From positions 81,205-145,204 of IMG/VR virus record IMGVR_UViG_3300043395_003024: a stretch of 64,000 nucleotides of DNA; one strand, written 5' to 3'. Under the pieces are notes generated by a model. That model was not told where the DNA came from, did no database searches, and was given only the letters and a program-made list of their open reading frames with translations. Source of the stretch: a virus. Shown piece after piece: positions 19,139 through 27,682 of the stretch (positions within the stretch are counted from its first letter, which is position 1; every line of letters begins with the position of its first letter). Position numbers and translations under genes: made by a program.

Positions 19139-20497
19139 ATGTCGGAAGACAAAGCCCGTATCGAGGAGCTGCAATCAGCCCTCCGTCAGAAGATGGCAGA
19201 CAATAAGACCATCGCTGACTCATTCAGAGTTGAGGACGGCACCGTTGTCGTTACTCCAGAGCAGAAGAGCGCGTTCGACAAGAACATGCGCGACATCAAG
19301 GAAATCAAGGGCCTTCTCGGCGACCTTGAGACCATGAACTCAGTTGATAGCTGGGGTTCAGAGCCGTCAGGCGATTCAGCAGCCGCCGCTTACGCAGCTG
19401 CTGCCGCAGACATGAACCAACTGTCATCTCGTGAAATCAAGAGCATTGGTCAGATGTTCCTTGAGTCAGCAGAGTTCAAGGCTCTCAACGGTGGCCGTAA
19501 TGGCGCAAACATGGCCGCTCCGTGGCAGGTTGCCGCTTCGCTAACATCTGGCTACAACGTCAAGGACGTGTACTCAGGTCTGCCTACAACAGACGTTACC
19601 GGTAGCCGTCTCGGTTCATTCGGCACGGTTCAGCGTGACCCAATGGTAACACCGCCAATGCGCACAAAGCGCGTTCGCGACCTGTTCCCAACACGCACCA
19701 CAAACGCTGCAGTGATTGAGTACTTCCGTCAACTCGGCTTCACCACGCTTCAGGCTGGTCATGGCACGAACTCGGCTTCTTCGGTCGCTGAGCGCAACGC
19801 CGGCAACACAGCATTCGGTATCAAGCCGCAGTCATCGTTCGCCTTTGTTGGCGAGCAGGCGCCGGTTCGTACGCTCGCCCACTGGGAAGCAGCGCACCGC
19901 AACGTCCTCGCAGATGAGCCGCAGCTGCGTTCAATCATCGACAACGAGCTCATGTATGGTCTCCGTCTCCTTGAGGACAACCAAATCCTCAACGGTGACG
20001 GCGTCGGCGAGAACCTGCTCGGCGTTCTGAACACCCCGAACATCCAGGAGTACGCATGGTCATCCGGTGCCGTTACCCCGGTCCCGGACACAAAGGCTGA
20101 TGCTCTCCGTCGCGCTGCGACCCTCTCATTCTTGGCATACTACGAGCCGTCAGGCATCGTGGTTCACCCGAACGACTGGGAAGACATCGAGCTGACAAAG
20201 GACGCCAATGGTCAGTACCTCATCGCGGTTTCGGTCGCAATGGGTGGCGAGCCACGCGTCTGGAGAATGCCAATCGTGGACACCCCGGCAATGACCGAGG
20301 GTACAGCACTGGTCGGTGCGTTCGGTACCGGCGCACAGCTGTACGACCGCGAGCAGGCGAGCATCCGCATCAGCGAGCAGCACTCGGACTTCTTCGTCCG
20401 CAACGCCATCGTCATCCTCGCGGAGCAGAGACTGGCACTCGCCGTCAAGCGTCCGGAGGCCTTCGTGAAGGTGGACTTCGACAACGCCCCTGACTGA
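19139..20497 (+). CDS. Major capsid protein, HK97 fold with N-terminal delta/scaffold domain
   Basis: VRDLF, KPQSSFAF, VRTLAHW, LADEPQLRSII, EDNQILNGDG, HPNDW..IEL.KD.NGQYL, FVRNAIVILAEQRLALAVKRPEAF; AAGGAG RBS; strongly biased codons. Confidence 0.95.
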   Translation: MSEDKARIEELQSALRQKMADNKTIADSFRVEDGTVVVTPEQKSAFDKNMRDIKEIKGLLGDLETMNSVDSWGSEPSGDSAAAAYAAAAADMNQLSSREIKSIGQMFLESAEFKALNGGRNGANMAAPWQVAASLTSGYNVKDVYSGLPTTDVTGSRLGSFGTVQRDPMVTPPMRTKRVRDLFPTRTTNAAVIEYFRQLGFTTLQAGHGTNSASSVAERNAGNTAFGIKPQSSFAFVGEQAPVRTLAHWEAAHRNVLADEPQLRSIIDNELMYGLRLLEDNQILNGDGVGENLLGVLNTPNIQEYAWSSGAVTPVPDTKADALRRAATLSFLAYYEPSGIVVHPNDWEDIELTKDANGQYLIAVSVAMGGEPRVWRMPIVDTPAMTEGTALVGAFGTGAQLYDREQASIRISEQHSDFFVRNAIVILAEQRLALAVKRPEAFVKVDFDNAPD

Positions 20498-20514
20498 TAG
20501 AGGCTGAGTAGTGG

Positions 20515-20564
20515 GGTAACCCCCGGGAGTAATCGCTCAATGCGGTGAAACCGGGGGTTTTACC
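20515..20564 (+). terminator. Hairpin after the capsid gene, probable terminator
   Basis: AACCCCCGG / CCGGGGGTT stem followed by a T-rich tract; long internal loop. Confidence 0.5.
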
Positions 20565-20598
20565 TTTATGGACGACAATATGTGGGAAGATGGTGTGT

Positions 20599-21414
20599 AT
20601 GACAAATCCTATTGATGACACCGAAAAACTCTATGAAGAGCTACAGTCGGTAGCCGACCATATAGAGACAGAGCTAGAGCTGGAGCGCATCGCCGAGCAG
20701 TCGCTAATAGAGCTAAAGCGGCTAGAGATGATGCCAATTTTTGACGAGTACTATGCGTCTGATTTATTTGCCGACATAGCGGAGAAGGGCACTAAGAGGC
20801 CAGTTTTGAGAGACCCCAAAGGGGGATTAACGGCTGCGGGAAGGGCATACTTCAAAAGGAAAGAGGGGGCCAACCTCAAACCCGGGGTTCGCGGTGCGGC
20901 AAATACGCCTGAAAAAATGCGTCGCAAGGGTTCATTTCTGACAAGATTTTTTACCAATCCATCTGGTCCAATGAAGGATGAAAAGGGACGTTCCACAAGA
21001 TTGGCACTCTCTGCCGCCGCGTGGGGGGAGCCGGTTCCTCAGGACATGGAGGATGCCAGAAAATTGGCTGCCAAGGGGCGGCGAATGCTTGAAAGATATC
21101 AGAATACAAAGAAGAAAAAGAAGTCTGATTCAGAAGTTGACATCTTCAACAAAACAGCAAGCGAGAACTATTTTTCCCATAAGAACGACCCAGACATGGA
21201 AGGCGTGTGGAGCGGAAACATCGTCGATTTAGACGACTTTGATTTTGAAGCAGAAAAGAATATGCGTATTGCAATAAGAAGCAACCTTGCGCATATGGGT
21301 GCATCCAAAAAGTCAATTACCTCATATGTTCCTAGCGACGAAGATACGAAGAGGCGTATACACCATGCCGCTAAAGTGATGAACAAGCGTCGGAATAAGA
21401 AACAAAATGGCTGA
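20599..21414 (+). CDS. Phage protein with a basic DPKGGLTAAGR..NLKPGV..RRKGSF domain (DUF6321-like)
   Basis: ATG 20599 preferred over GTG 20545, which lies inside the hairpin. Confidence 0.65.
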   Translation: MTNPIDDTEKLYEELQSVADHIETELELERIAEQSLIELKRLEMMPIFDEYYASDLFADIAEKGTKRPVLRDPKGGLTAAGRAYFKRKEGANLKPGVRGAANTPEKMRRKGSFLTRFFTNPSGPMKDEKGRSTRLALSAAAWGEPVPQDMEDARKLAAKGRRMLERYQNTKKKKKSDSEVDIFNKTASENYFSHKNDPDMEGVWSGNIVDLDDFDFEAEKNMRIAIRSNLAHMGASKKSITSYVPSDEDTKRRIHHAAKVMNKRRNKKQNG

Positions 21415-21808
21415 GCAATACTGGTACTCCGCAACGGTTCTCAAGGTAATCGATGGCGACACCTTGGACGTGATGATTGACCTTGGATTCAATATTCACC
21501 ACAAAGCAAGGGTCCGGCTATATGGTGTAAATACCCCGGAGTCACGGACAAAGGACCTCGCCGAGAAAGACATGGGCCTTAAGGCAAAGTCGTTCACATC
21601 AGACTGGACTACCCGTCATCAAACTGTGTTTTTGCAGACAATTGCTGGCAAGGATGACAAATACGGGAGAATACTTGCCCAAATATATTCAGATAAAGAC
21701 ATAAAATCAGAGCAGACAGCATGCCTCAATGAGGATATTGTGTCTTCTGGTTACGCTAGGGCCTACTTTGGCGTTGGCGATAAGACATGGGAAGAGTTTA
21801 AGAAATGA
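21407..21808 (+). CDS. Thermonuclease (SNase-like)
   Basis: KVIDGDT, RVRLYGVNTPE, DKYGRILA. Confidence 0.9.
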   Translation: MAEQYWYSATVLKVIDGDTLDVMIDLGFNIHHKARVRLYGVNTPESRTKDLAEKDMGLKAKSFTSDWTTRHQTVFLQTIAGKDDKYGRILAQIYSDKDIKSEQTACLNEDIVSSGYARAYFGVGDKTWEEFKK

Positions 21809-22260
21809 CAGAGACAACATGGGGTTCGTACAGAGGCCCTATTAAGGGAATTCGCATCGAAGTGAAGGCTGATGGCGAGCAGTGCCCAACAGCAACACAG
21901 GACATCGCAGTTAACCTAAAAAATAGAGCAAAAGCCATTGCTGTTGCGGACTATGGACCACTTAACCCAGGCGAAGCAAACGATGGTTACTGGGCAAAGA
22001 TGGCCAAAGAGTGGGATGTAACACCAGAAGAGGCGCAAAAGCAGCGCTGTGGAAACTGTGCAGTCTTCATAGTTAGCCCTAGAATGAAATCCTGCATTGA
22101 GTCTGGCCTTGTCGGGGAGGATAGACCAGACGAGTGGGGAGCAATTGATGCTGCCGGCGAACTTGGGTACTGCGAAGCTTTCGATTTCAAGTGTGCATCA
22201 AAGAGGACATGCCGTGCGTGGGTGACGGGTGGACCGATACGTGAAGAAAAGCCTAAGTAA
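21805..22260 (+). CDS. Cys-rich phage protein
   Basis: RCGNCAVF..GYCEAFDFKCASKRTCRAW. Confidence 0.7.
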   Translation: MTETTWGSYRGPIKGIRIEVKADGEQCPTATQDIAVNLKNRAKAIAVADYGPLNPGEANDGYWAKMAKEWDVTPEEAQKQRCGNCAVFIVSPRMKSCIESGLVGEDRPDEWGAIDAAGELGYCEAFDFKCASKRTCRAWVTGGPIREEKPK

Positions 22261-22366
22261 AGCATTTTCGTGGCTGACCGTAATAGTCGGCTCTTTTGTA
22301 ATTGCTAAAACTGCTGTCGGAATTAAGCGAGCAGTAAACCACCCTAACCCAGAAATGTGGGAATAG
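22241..22366 (+). CDS. Small membrane peptide, 41 aa
   Basis: Manual translation MKKSLSKAFSWLTVIVGSFVIAKTAVG...; fills the gap to the convergent gene. Confidence 0.4.
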   Translation: MKKSLSKAFSWLTVIVGSFVIAKTAVGIKRAVNHPNPEMWE

Positions 22367-22732
22367 CTATCTCTTGTCTTCGTGTTCGTCGCATGAAGTG
22401 TACATGTACCCACCAACGCCCAACCGCCTCCTATAGCCAGGGGCTCCGCATTCTTCACATGTCTCAAGAGACCTCTCTTCAATCGCCATGACAATTGAAT
22501 TAAGGCGACTGTACTGCTTCATATCCGATGGGTTGAAGTAAAACCGCAAGCCCCCAAACTTTTCCTTTATCTGGGCAATTACGTAATTGGGGTCCTGAGC
22601 GAATAGGGCGGCGTCACATTCCCTTATAAGTTCAGCCCAGCCATATCCACAGTCGATTCTCGCCGGGATATCATCGGCAAAACGGTCGAGTATGTTCTGG
22701 AACTCTGGGTCTGATTCTATGTACTCTTTCAT
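22367..22732 (-). CDS. Conserved phage protein with C-terminal zinc ribbon
   Basis: GWAELI, QIKEKFGGLRFY, TCEECGAPG; TAAACT 6 nt before ATG (leaderless). Confidence 0.8.
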   Translation of the reverse strand: MKEYIESDPEFQNILDRFADDIPARIDCGYGWAELIRECDAALFAQDPNYVIAQIKEKFGGLRFYFNPSDMKQYSRLNSIVMAIEERSLETCEECGAPGYRRRLGVGGYMYTSCDEHEDKR

Positions 22733-22753
22733 GACAGCAGTTTATACATAAAA

Positions 22754-22829
<76 letters not shown>

Positions 22830-22835
22830 CTGAGT

Positions 22836-23342
22836 CTACTTTTTCCTACGCTGATATTTTCGTTGATATTCGCGCTGGTATTGCAAGTAGGCCTCTCGTG
22901 TTTCAGGATTCGTCCTCATATTTTTGGCCGCAATGCGCTTGCACTCCCGGCAAATTCTGTCAACTGTTCCGTTCTTTCTTTGTTTCTCATAGACGCCAAA
23001 CTCATCAAACGAATGGCCTCGCCTGCAGTGTGTCCTTTTTCTGGAAGACGAACCATTTCTGTCTTTGGTGAACATGTCGCGGTTATTGTCAGCAGTTGTC
23101 CCCACCCAGAGGTGCTCAGGATTTACGCAATGCCTTACGTCGCACGAATGGCAAACAACCATTCCTGCCGGTATTTCACCTACATACAATTCGTAAGAAA
23201 AGCGATGGGCGCTGACAGATTTGCCGTTGACACCAATGGAGCCATACCCCTGTGAATTGAGTGCCCCCGTCCACAACCAGCACGAATCCGTTTTAGTGGT
23301 TTTCTGAAGAAAACGCCCCTCGAGGGACATATATTTCGCCAT
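22836..23342 (-). CDS. Free-standing HNH homing endonuclease
   Basis: CWLWTG, AHRFSY, VCHSCD..CVNPEHL..DNNRD, THCRRGH..CREC. Confidence 0.9.
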   Translation of the reverse strand: MAKYMSLEGRFLQKTTKTDSCWLWTGALNSQGYGSIGVNGKSVSAHRFSYELYVGEIPAGMVVCHSCDVRHCVNPEHLWVGTTADNNRDMFTKDRNGSSSRKRTHCRRGHSFDEFGVYEKQRKNGTVDRICRECKRIAAKNMRTNPETREAYLQYQREYQRKYQRRKK

Positions 23343-23346
23343 ATGG

Positions 23347-25272
23347 CTACTTTACTGGGCATGCTCCGGTAGCGCAATCATCCATATCGATATCGCCGTT
23401 GAACCTGTCTTGAACAAGCGGGATGGAGAAGTCAATCTTTGACACCATCTTTTCGTATGTCTGCTTGTCGATTTCCTCATACGGAGGGAGAACGAAATTG
23501 TGGTCGCTGTGAAGCAGGAAAGACACTGACTTTACTCCCTTGTCATAGTTCTTCGACAACCAGTCTTTAATGCTGTCTAGCTCTTCTTTACGATAGTACA
23601 CAGTCACGGAAACTGCGTTGTCTGCCCATTCTGTTTGCATCTTCTTGACCCACTCAAGCTGTTGCACTGCAGTCATTTCGCTCGCCATTGTTGAACCCTC
23701 TGGGGACATGCAGGGGAACTCAACAACATAGCGAGTATGGTCTTCTCGGCCGTCGATTCCAATATCCCAAACGACCTTGTATCCGCGCTTGCGGCAAGCG
23801 TCAACGAGCGGGTCGGCAGAGCCGAAACGAACGCGACGAATGTAGTATGGGGCAAATGCCGGGTGGACGCCAGGTGTGACTCCTGGAAGAAGCGAAAGCG
23901 TGCCAGACGGCTGAACAGTTGTCATGCGCACAGACTCTGGGAATCCCTTTTCGGCAGAGTACTCCTTATCGAGGTCGCGAAGGTACTGGTACGTGGCATC
24001 TAGCCATGCAATTTGCTGTTCTGTAGCCTGAAGAACGCCTGTAATGCTCTGACCAAGGCGCGCGTTTGCGCGGACAATTGACGTCGTCTTCTCATAAGGA
24101 TATGGAAGGCGCGTAATCTGCTTTTGTGTCATGTACAAGAGGCGTGAAATCGACAAGAGCTGCGGAAGCGACTCGATGTTCGGCAGGAAAATGGTTGCAA
24201 GATTGCACGACTCACCATCTGCCAAAGCAATTTCCGCGCACGGATTGAAACCCTCGATTGTTGGGTCAGGGCGCTTCTCGCCAAGGCGCCCGTATGTGCG
24301 CGCCAGCTTGCGATTCACGAGACCGTATGGTTCCCCTGAACCGTCATAGCCACGCCACAGTTCCGTGGGCATCTCGTCCCATCCGTCGGCATAGAGGGAG
24401 TTGTTGCTATTTGCACGCCATCCTGGGATATTCCCGGAACCCCAGTTCTTTGCACGAAGGAAAAGAACATCATCCGGGTCTCCCATTGCTATTTGCGCCG
24501 ACCGCCTAGACGAGCCGGAAACAACAATGCGACCAATAATGTTGCAAATATCAAGAACATCAACTGACCTCAACTTCTTGCCGACGCGGTTGTCGAGAAC
24601 TTTACAAATATCGGTGATTCCATCAATGAGTGCGCCAGGACCAGATGCGGTTCCGCCAAATGTCTTGAGAGGCGCACCAAACTCGCGAATAAGAATCGTG
24701 GAGTACGTAAATGACTTACCAGTGTCGAAGTAAGACTTAAGAACGCTGTGCAGTAGACGGCGCCAGCCAGTGCGGCTATCTGGGACGATGATATCAGCAT
24801 CATTGGTTCTTTCATGTGAAATAGAAACACCACTCTTGACCTTCGGTAGGTCGTGAATCTTCGAGCGCTCCACGGAGAAACCAACTCCGCCGCCAAGCAT
24901 CAGATAATCAAAGAGGAACTCAAAGTCTTCAATCTTCTCGATATTTGTGAAGTAACAGTTATTGAGTGACGCACCACCAAAACGCGCGACCATCGACGTG
25001 CCGAGTTGCCATAATGCGCGCCCACTCATTGAGCAGCGGAGGTTATACATGTGGTCGAAAAGTTCTTCAGCTTCGGCACGGGTATAAGGGACGCCGATTT
25101 CTACTGCGCCATTGATAACACGCTGAACTGTTTCTGCCCACGTCTCGATGCTCCCATTGTCTTTCGTGCGGCTATATGTGCGTAGGAAGACAATTTCTCC
25201 CATGCCATTAAATCCCCAGGGAACTGGACGATTGGCGTACGAAGCAACGAATTCATCATCAATGAGGCTCAT
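23347..25272 (-). CDS. nrdJ: Class II (B12-dependent) ribonucleotide reductase
   Basis: RTYSR, LNNC, GGGVG, RRSA, NPCAEI, CNL, TTVQPSGT, C-terminal CATGACP. Confidence 0.92.
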   Translation of the reverse strand: MSLIDDEFVASYANRPVPWGFNGMGEIVFLRTYSRTKDNGSIETWAETVQRVINGAVEIGVPYTRAEAEELFDHMYNLRCSMSGRALWQLGTSMVARFGGASLNNCYFTNIEKIEDFEFLFDYLMLGGGVGFSVERSKIHDLPKVKSGVSISHERTNDADIIVPDSRTGWRRLLHSVLKSYFDTGKSFTYSTILIREFGAPLKTFGGTASGPGALIDGITDICKVLDNRVGKKLRSVDVLDICNIIGRIVVSGSSRRSAQIAMGDPDDVLFLRAKNWGSGNIPGWRANSNNSLYADGWDEMPTELWRGYDGSGEPYGLVNRKLARTYGRLGEKRPDPTIEGFNPCAEIALADGESCNLATIFLPNIESLPQLLSISRLLYMTQKQITRLPYPYEKTTSIVRANARLGQSITGVLQATEQQIAWLDATYQYLRDLDKEYSAEKGFPESVRMTTVQPSGTLSLLPGVTPGVHPAFAPYYIRRVRFGSADPLVDACRKRGYKVVWDIGIDGREDHTRYVVEFPCMSPEGSTMASEMTAVQQLEWVKKMQTEWADNAVSVTVYYRKEELDSIKDWLSKNYDKGVKSVSFLLHSDHNFVLPPYEEIDKQTYEKMVSKIDFSIPLVQDRFNGDIDMDDCATGACPVK

Positions 25273-25359
25273 AATTTCCTTAACGTAGGTTGATTAACAA
25301 CTGGAGGAAAAGAGTGTAGCGCAGATATGAATACAGAAAAAGTCGAGAGTAGATGTGAT

Positions 25360-25695
25360 TTATTGGATTAGGCCAAGACGCTTCGCTTCGCCAAGCGGAA
25401 TACTCTTACCCTTCTTGTGGATAACCACTCGTGTTGTGATTCCAGGCGCAATTTCTCGCTCTTCAATGTAATCATCTTCTAAATAAAAAGTAACAGACTC
25501 ATCTAGTGATGAATTAGTATTGAATCCCCACACCGTTTCCTGCCTCAATGTCTCACTGTCGCCCACACAGTCGCCGGTAGGGTGACCGCATACTGGACAC
25601 GGCATTCTGTCAGCCCTGGCAATTTTAACTTCGCCTGATGGGCTCTCAAAAATCGATACCTCGCCAAAGCCCGGACTCGTATAAAATGGATTCAC
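25360..25695 (-). CDS. Hypothetical protein
   Basis: 111 aa, CPVCGHPTGDC. Confidence 0.65.
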   Translation of the reverse strand: MNPFYTSPGFGEVSIFESPSGEVKIARADRMPCPVCGHPTGDCVGDSETLRQETVWGFNTNSSLDESVTFYLEDDYIEEREIAPGITTRVVIHKKGKSIPLGEAKRLGLIQ

Positions 25696-25708
25696 ATTTA
25701 TATTTTAT

Positions 25709-26347
25709 CTAAATAATGCTCTGCATAACAAAACCTAGATTGACAATATTGGATGCAGCAGCATTGAGTGTTTCATCATTTATTGACTCATCTGGGGACA
25801 TTTGCAGAACACGGCGTAGCATGGCTGGGTATCTTGTTTGTTTCGTGTGCTGTTCGGCCTTCTCGGGATAAACCAGAACTTCTTTCCACTGCACTTTTCT
25901 GCCGACGTTAATTTTGTAGGGGGCGGCAACCATGGAAACTGGGGCTATATGGCCAGTATCTTCATCTATAGAGATATGGCTAATCGTTATACATTCGTAG
26001 ACGGGCAATTTTGGGTCTGCAAAGGCCGTGGCGAGGTCCATGTTGTTTGTCTTGGAGGAGTCGAGCGAGCAGTAACCTTCTGAAACCATCGTTAAAGCCG
26101 TACACCACAGGTCTTTCCTGAGAATCTTGCATAGCTCTTTACATCTATTAAAACGCTCATCGGGGTCCATCTTGCTGGTATCCGCACCCATCTGGCAGAT
26201 TGCGATTAACCCATCATCTACCCATGCGAGAAAGTGAACAGCTATCTCCTCGCCCACGCCATGTTCCTGGACTGCATCATCTTTAGCCATTTGTGCAGAC
26301 GTCAACGCAAGCGCCATTTTACTAAAATCATTGACATACTGTTCCAT
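25709..26347 (-). CDS. Hypothetical protein
   Basis: 212 aa; TAGTAT 6 nt before ATG. Confidence 0.7.
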   Translation of the reverse strand: MEQYVNDFSKMALALTSAQMAKDDAVQEHGVGEEIAVHFLAWVDDGLIAICQMGADTSKMDPDERFNRCKELCKILRKDLWCTALTMVSEGYCSLDSSKTNNMDLATAFADPKLPVYECITISHISIDEDTGHIAPVSMVAAPYKINVGRKVQWKEVLVYPEKAEQHTKQTRYPAMLRRVLQMSPDESINDETLNAAASNIVNLGFVMQSII

Positions 26348-26440
26348 GCATGAATACTAAACAAATATGTCTACATTTTAAGGTAAAGAAATAAACGTCT
26401 TTTCACTCGCGCGCCACACGTATGCGCTAGTGTCTTCGAT

Positions 26441-26878
26441 ATGAGCGATAGCAAGAAAAAGACCCCAGCCAAGAAGCAGCCCGCCAAGAAGGCTCCTGCA
26501 AAGAAGGCAACAGCCAAAAAAGTTCCTGCTAAAAAGCAGGCCGCCAAGAAGGCCCCCGCAAAGAAGGCCCCTGCCAAGAAGGCGCAGCCAACAAAGGCTC
26601 CTGCTAAGAAGAAGAAGACGCCTGTCGAGACTGCTTTTGAGGCGATTGATTCGATTGAAGCACATGAGCTGCATCATGAGGAAATGATGAACGCCCTCAA
26701 CAGCCACATGATGAAGGCTCTCGATGCCGCTGAGACAATAAAGATTGATTTTATCGACGACACTCGCGACAACATTGTTGAGTGGGCCCAGGAGTGGGTT
26801 ACCCCTGACTCGCCATCAACACCGGTGGCAAAAAAGGGATTCTTCAAGCGCTTCATTGCTTCGTTTATTAAGCGCTAA
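26441..26878 (+). CDS. Histone H1/HupB-tail-like PAKK-repeat DNA-binding protein
   Basis: About ten (P/A/T)AKK units, acidic middle, amphipathic C-terminus; TAGTGT 7 nt before ATG. Confidence 0.75.
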   Translation: MSDSKKKTPAKKQPAKKAPAKKATAKKVPAKKQAAKKAPAKKAPAKKAQPTKAPAKKKKTPVETAFEAIDSIEAHELHHEEMMNALNSHMMKALDAAETIKIDFIDDTRDNIVEWAQEWVTPDSPSTPVAKKGFFKRFIASFIKR

Positions 26879-26906
26879 ACGAATTCGGTAAGAGGGGTCT
26901 TGCCGA

Positions 26907-27320
26907 ATGACTACGGAAAGACGAAGAGCGCCAAGGCGCAAAATATTATCTATCGAAAAAATTGGTAGATGGGGACAGCTAACGTACAACCACAAGCTCG
27001 AGTGTGGTCATGTCGATGTTAGAAAAAGAGCTGCGAACTCTGACGAAATAGCATGTATGTGGTGTTTGCGCGCCGAAGAACAAGCAGTAGAACTAAAGAA
27101 GTTAACAGCACCGCCAGTTCAAAGCGTTTTCTATGACGACAACCTCGCAGAAGAGGAGACGCGAATTGAAAAAACGCGAGCGGCAATAGCGGCAAGAATT
27201 GGTGTGCCCATGGAGGCCGTCGATATTGCCGCAGAGGATGTTGGCGGAATTCTTGTAATCCGCAGCGCCGTCGTGTATCTTTCTGCACGTGATGTAAATC
27301 GCATTTCGGGGGACACCTAG
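26907..27320 (+). CDS. Hypothetical protein
   Basis: 137 aa, LECGH..CMWC. Confidence 0.7.
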   Translation: MTTERRRAPRRKILSIEKIGRWGQLTYNHKLECGHVDVRKRAANSDEIACMWCLRAEEQAVELKKLTAPPVQSVFYDDNLAEEETRIEKTRAAIAARIGVPMEAVDIAAEDVGGILVIRSAVVYLSARDVNRISGDT

Positions 27321-27346
27321 CCTCCGGTAATTCATGGGAGGGCCAG

Positions 27347-27682
27347 ATGAAAGCAATTAGTCGCATAGACGAACTTCCACGCGGAGGTGACTGCGCTGGG
27401 CATGACCCCGACATTTGGTTCCCGATGGCCGATAAATCAGAGCCCGGCGAATTCTCCCGAAAAATCCGTGAGGCCAAACTAAACACAGAGATTGCCAAGA
27501 AAATCTGCTCAACTTGCCACATCCGGCAGGAATGTTTGTCCTACTCGCTTTATCACGAAATGTTTGGAATATGGGGTGGGGCGACAGAGCGGGAACGTCA
27601 GAAGATTCGTAAACAGCTGAACATTGTTCCCATACCACGCATACCTGTTAATCTGCTTTTCCTCTCATCGCAGGCAAATTAA
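27347..27682 (+). CDS. whiB: WhiB-family Fe-S transcription factor
   Basis: C..DPDIWFP..AKKICSTCHIRQECL..GIWGG..ERER. Confidence 0.93.
   Translation: MKAISRIDELPRGGDCAGHDPDIWFPMADKSEPGEFSRKIREAKLNTEIAKKICSTCHIRQECLSYSLYHEMFGIWGGATERERQKIRKQLNIVPIPRIPVNLLFLSSQAN

Noticed and set aside
20490-20560. Hammerhead ribozyme after the capsid gene (CTGATAGA...GAAAC)
   Set aside because: Core does not match CUGANGA and the three stems cannot be built convincingly.
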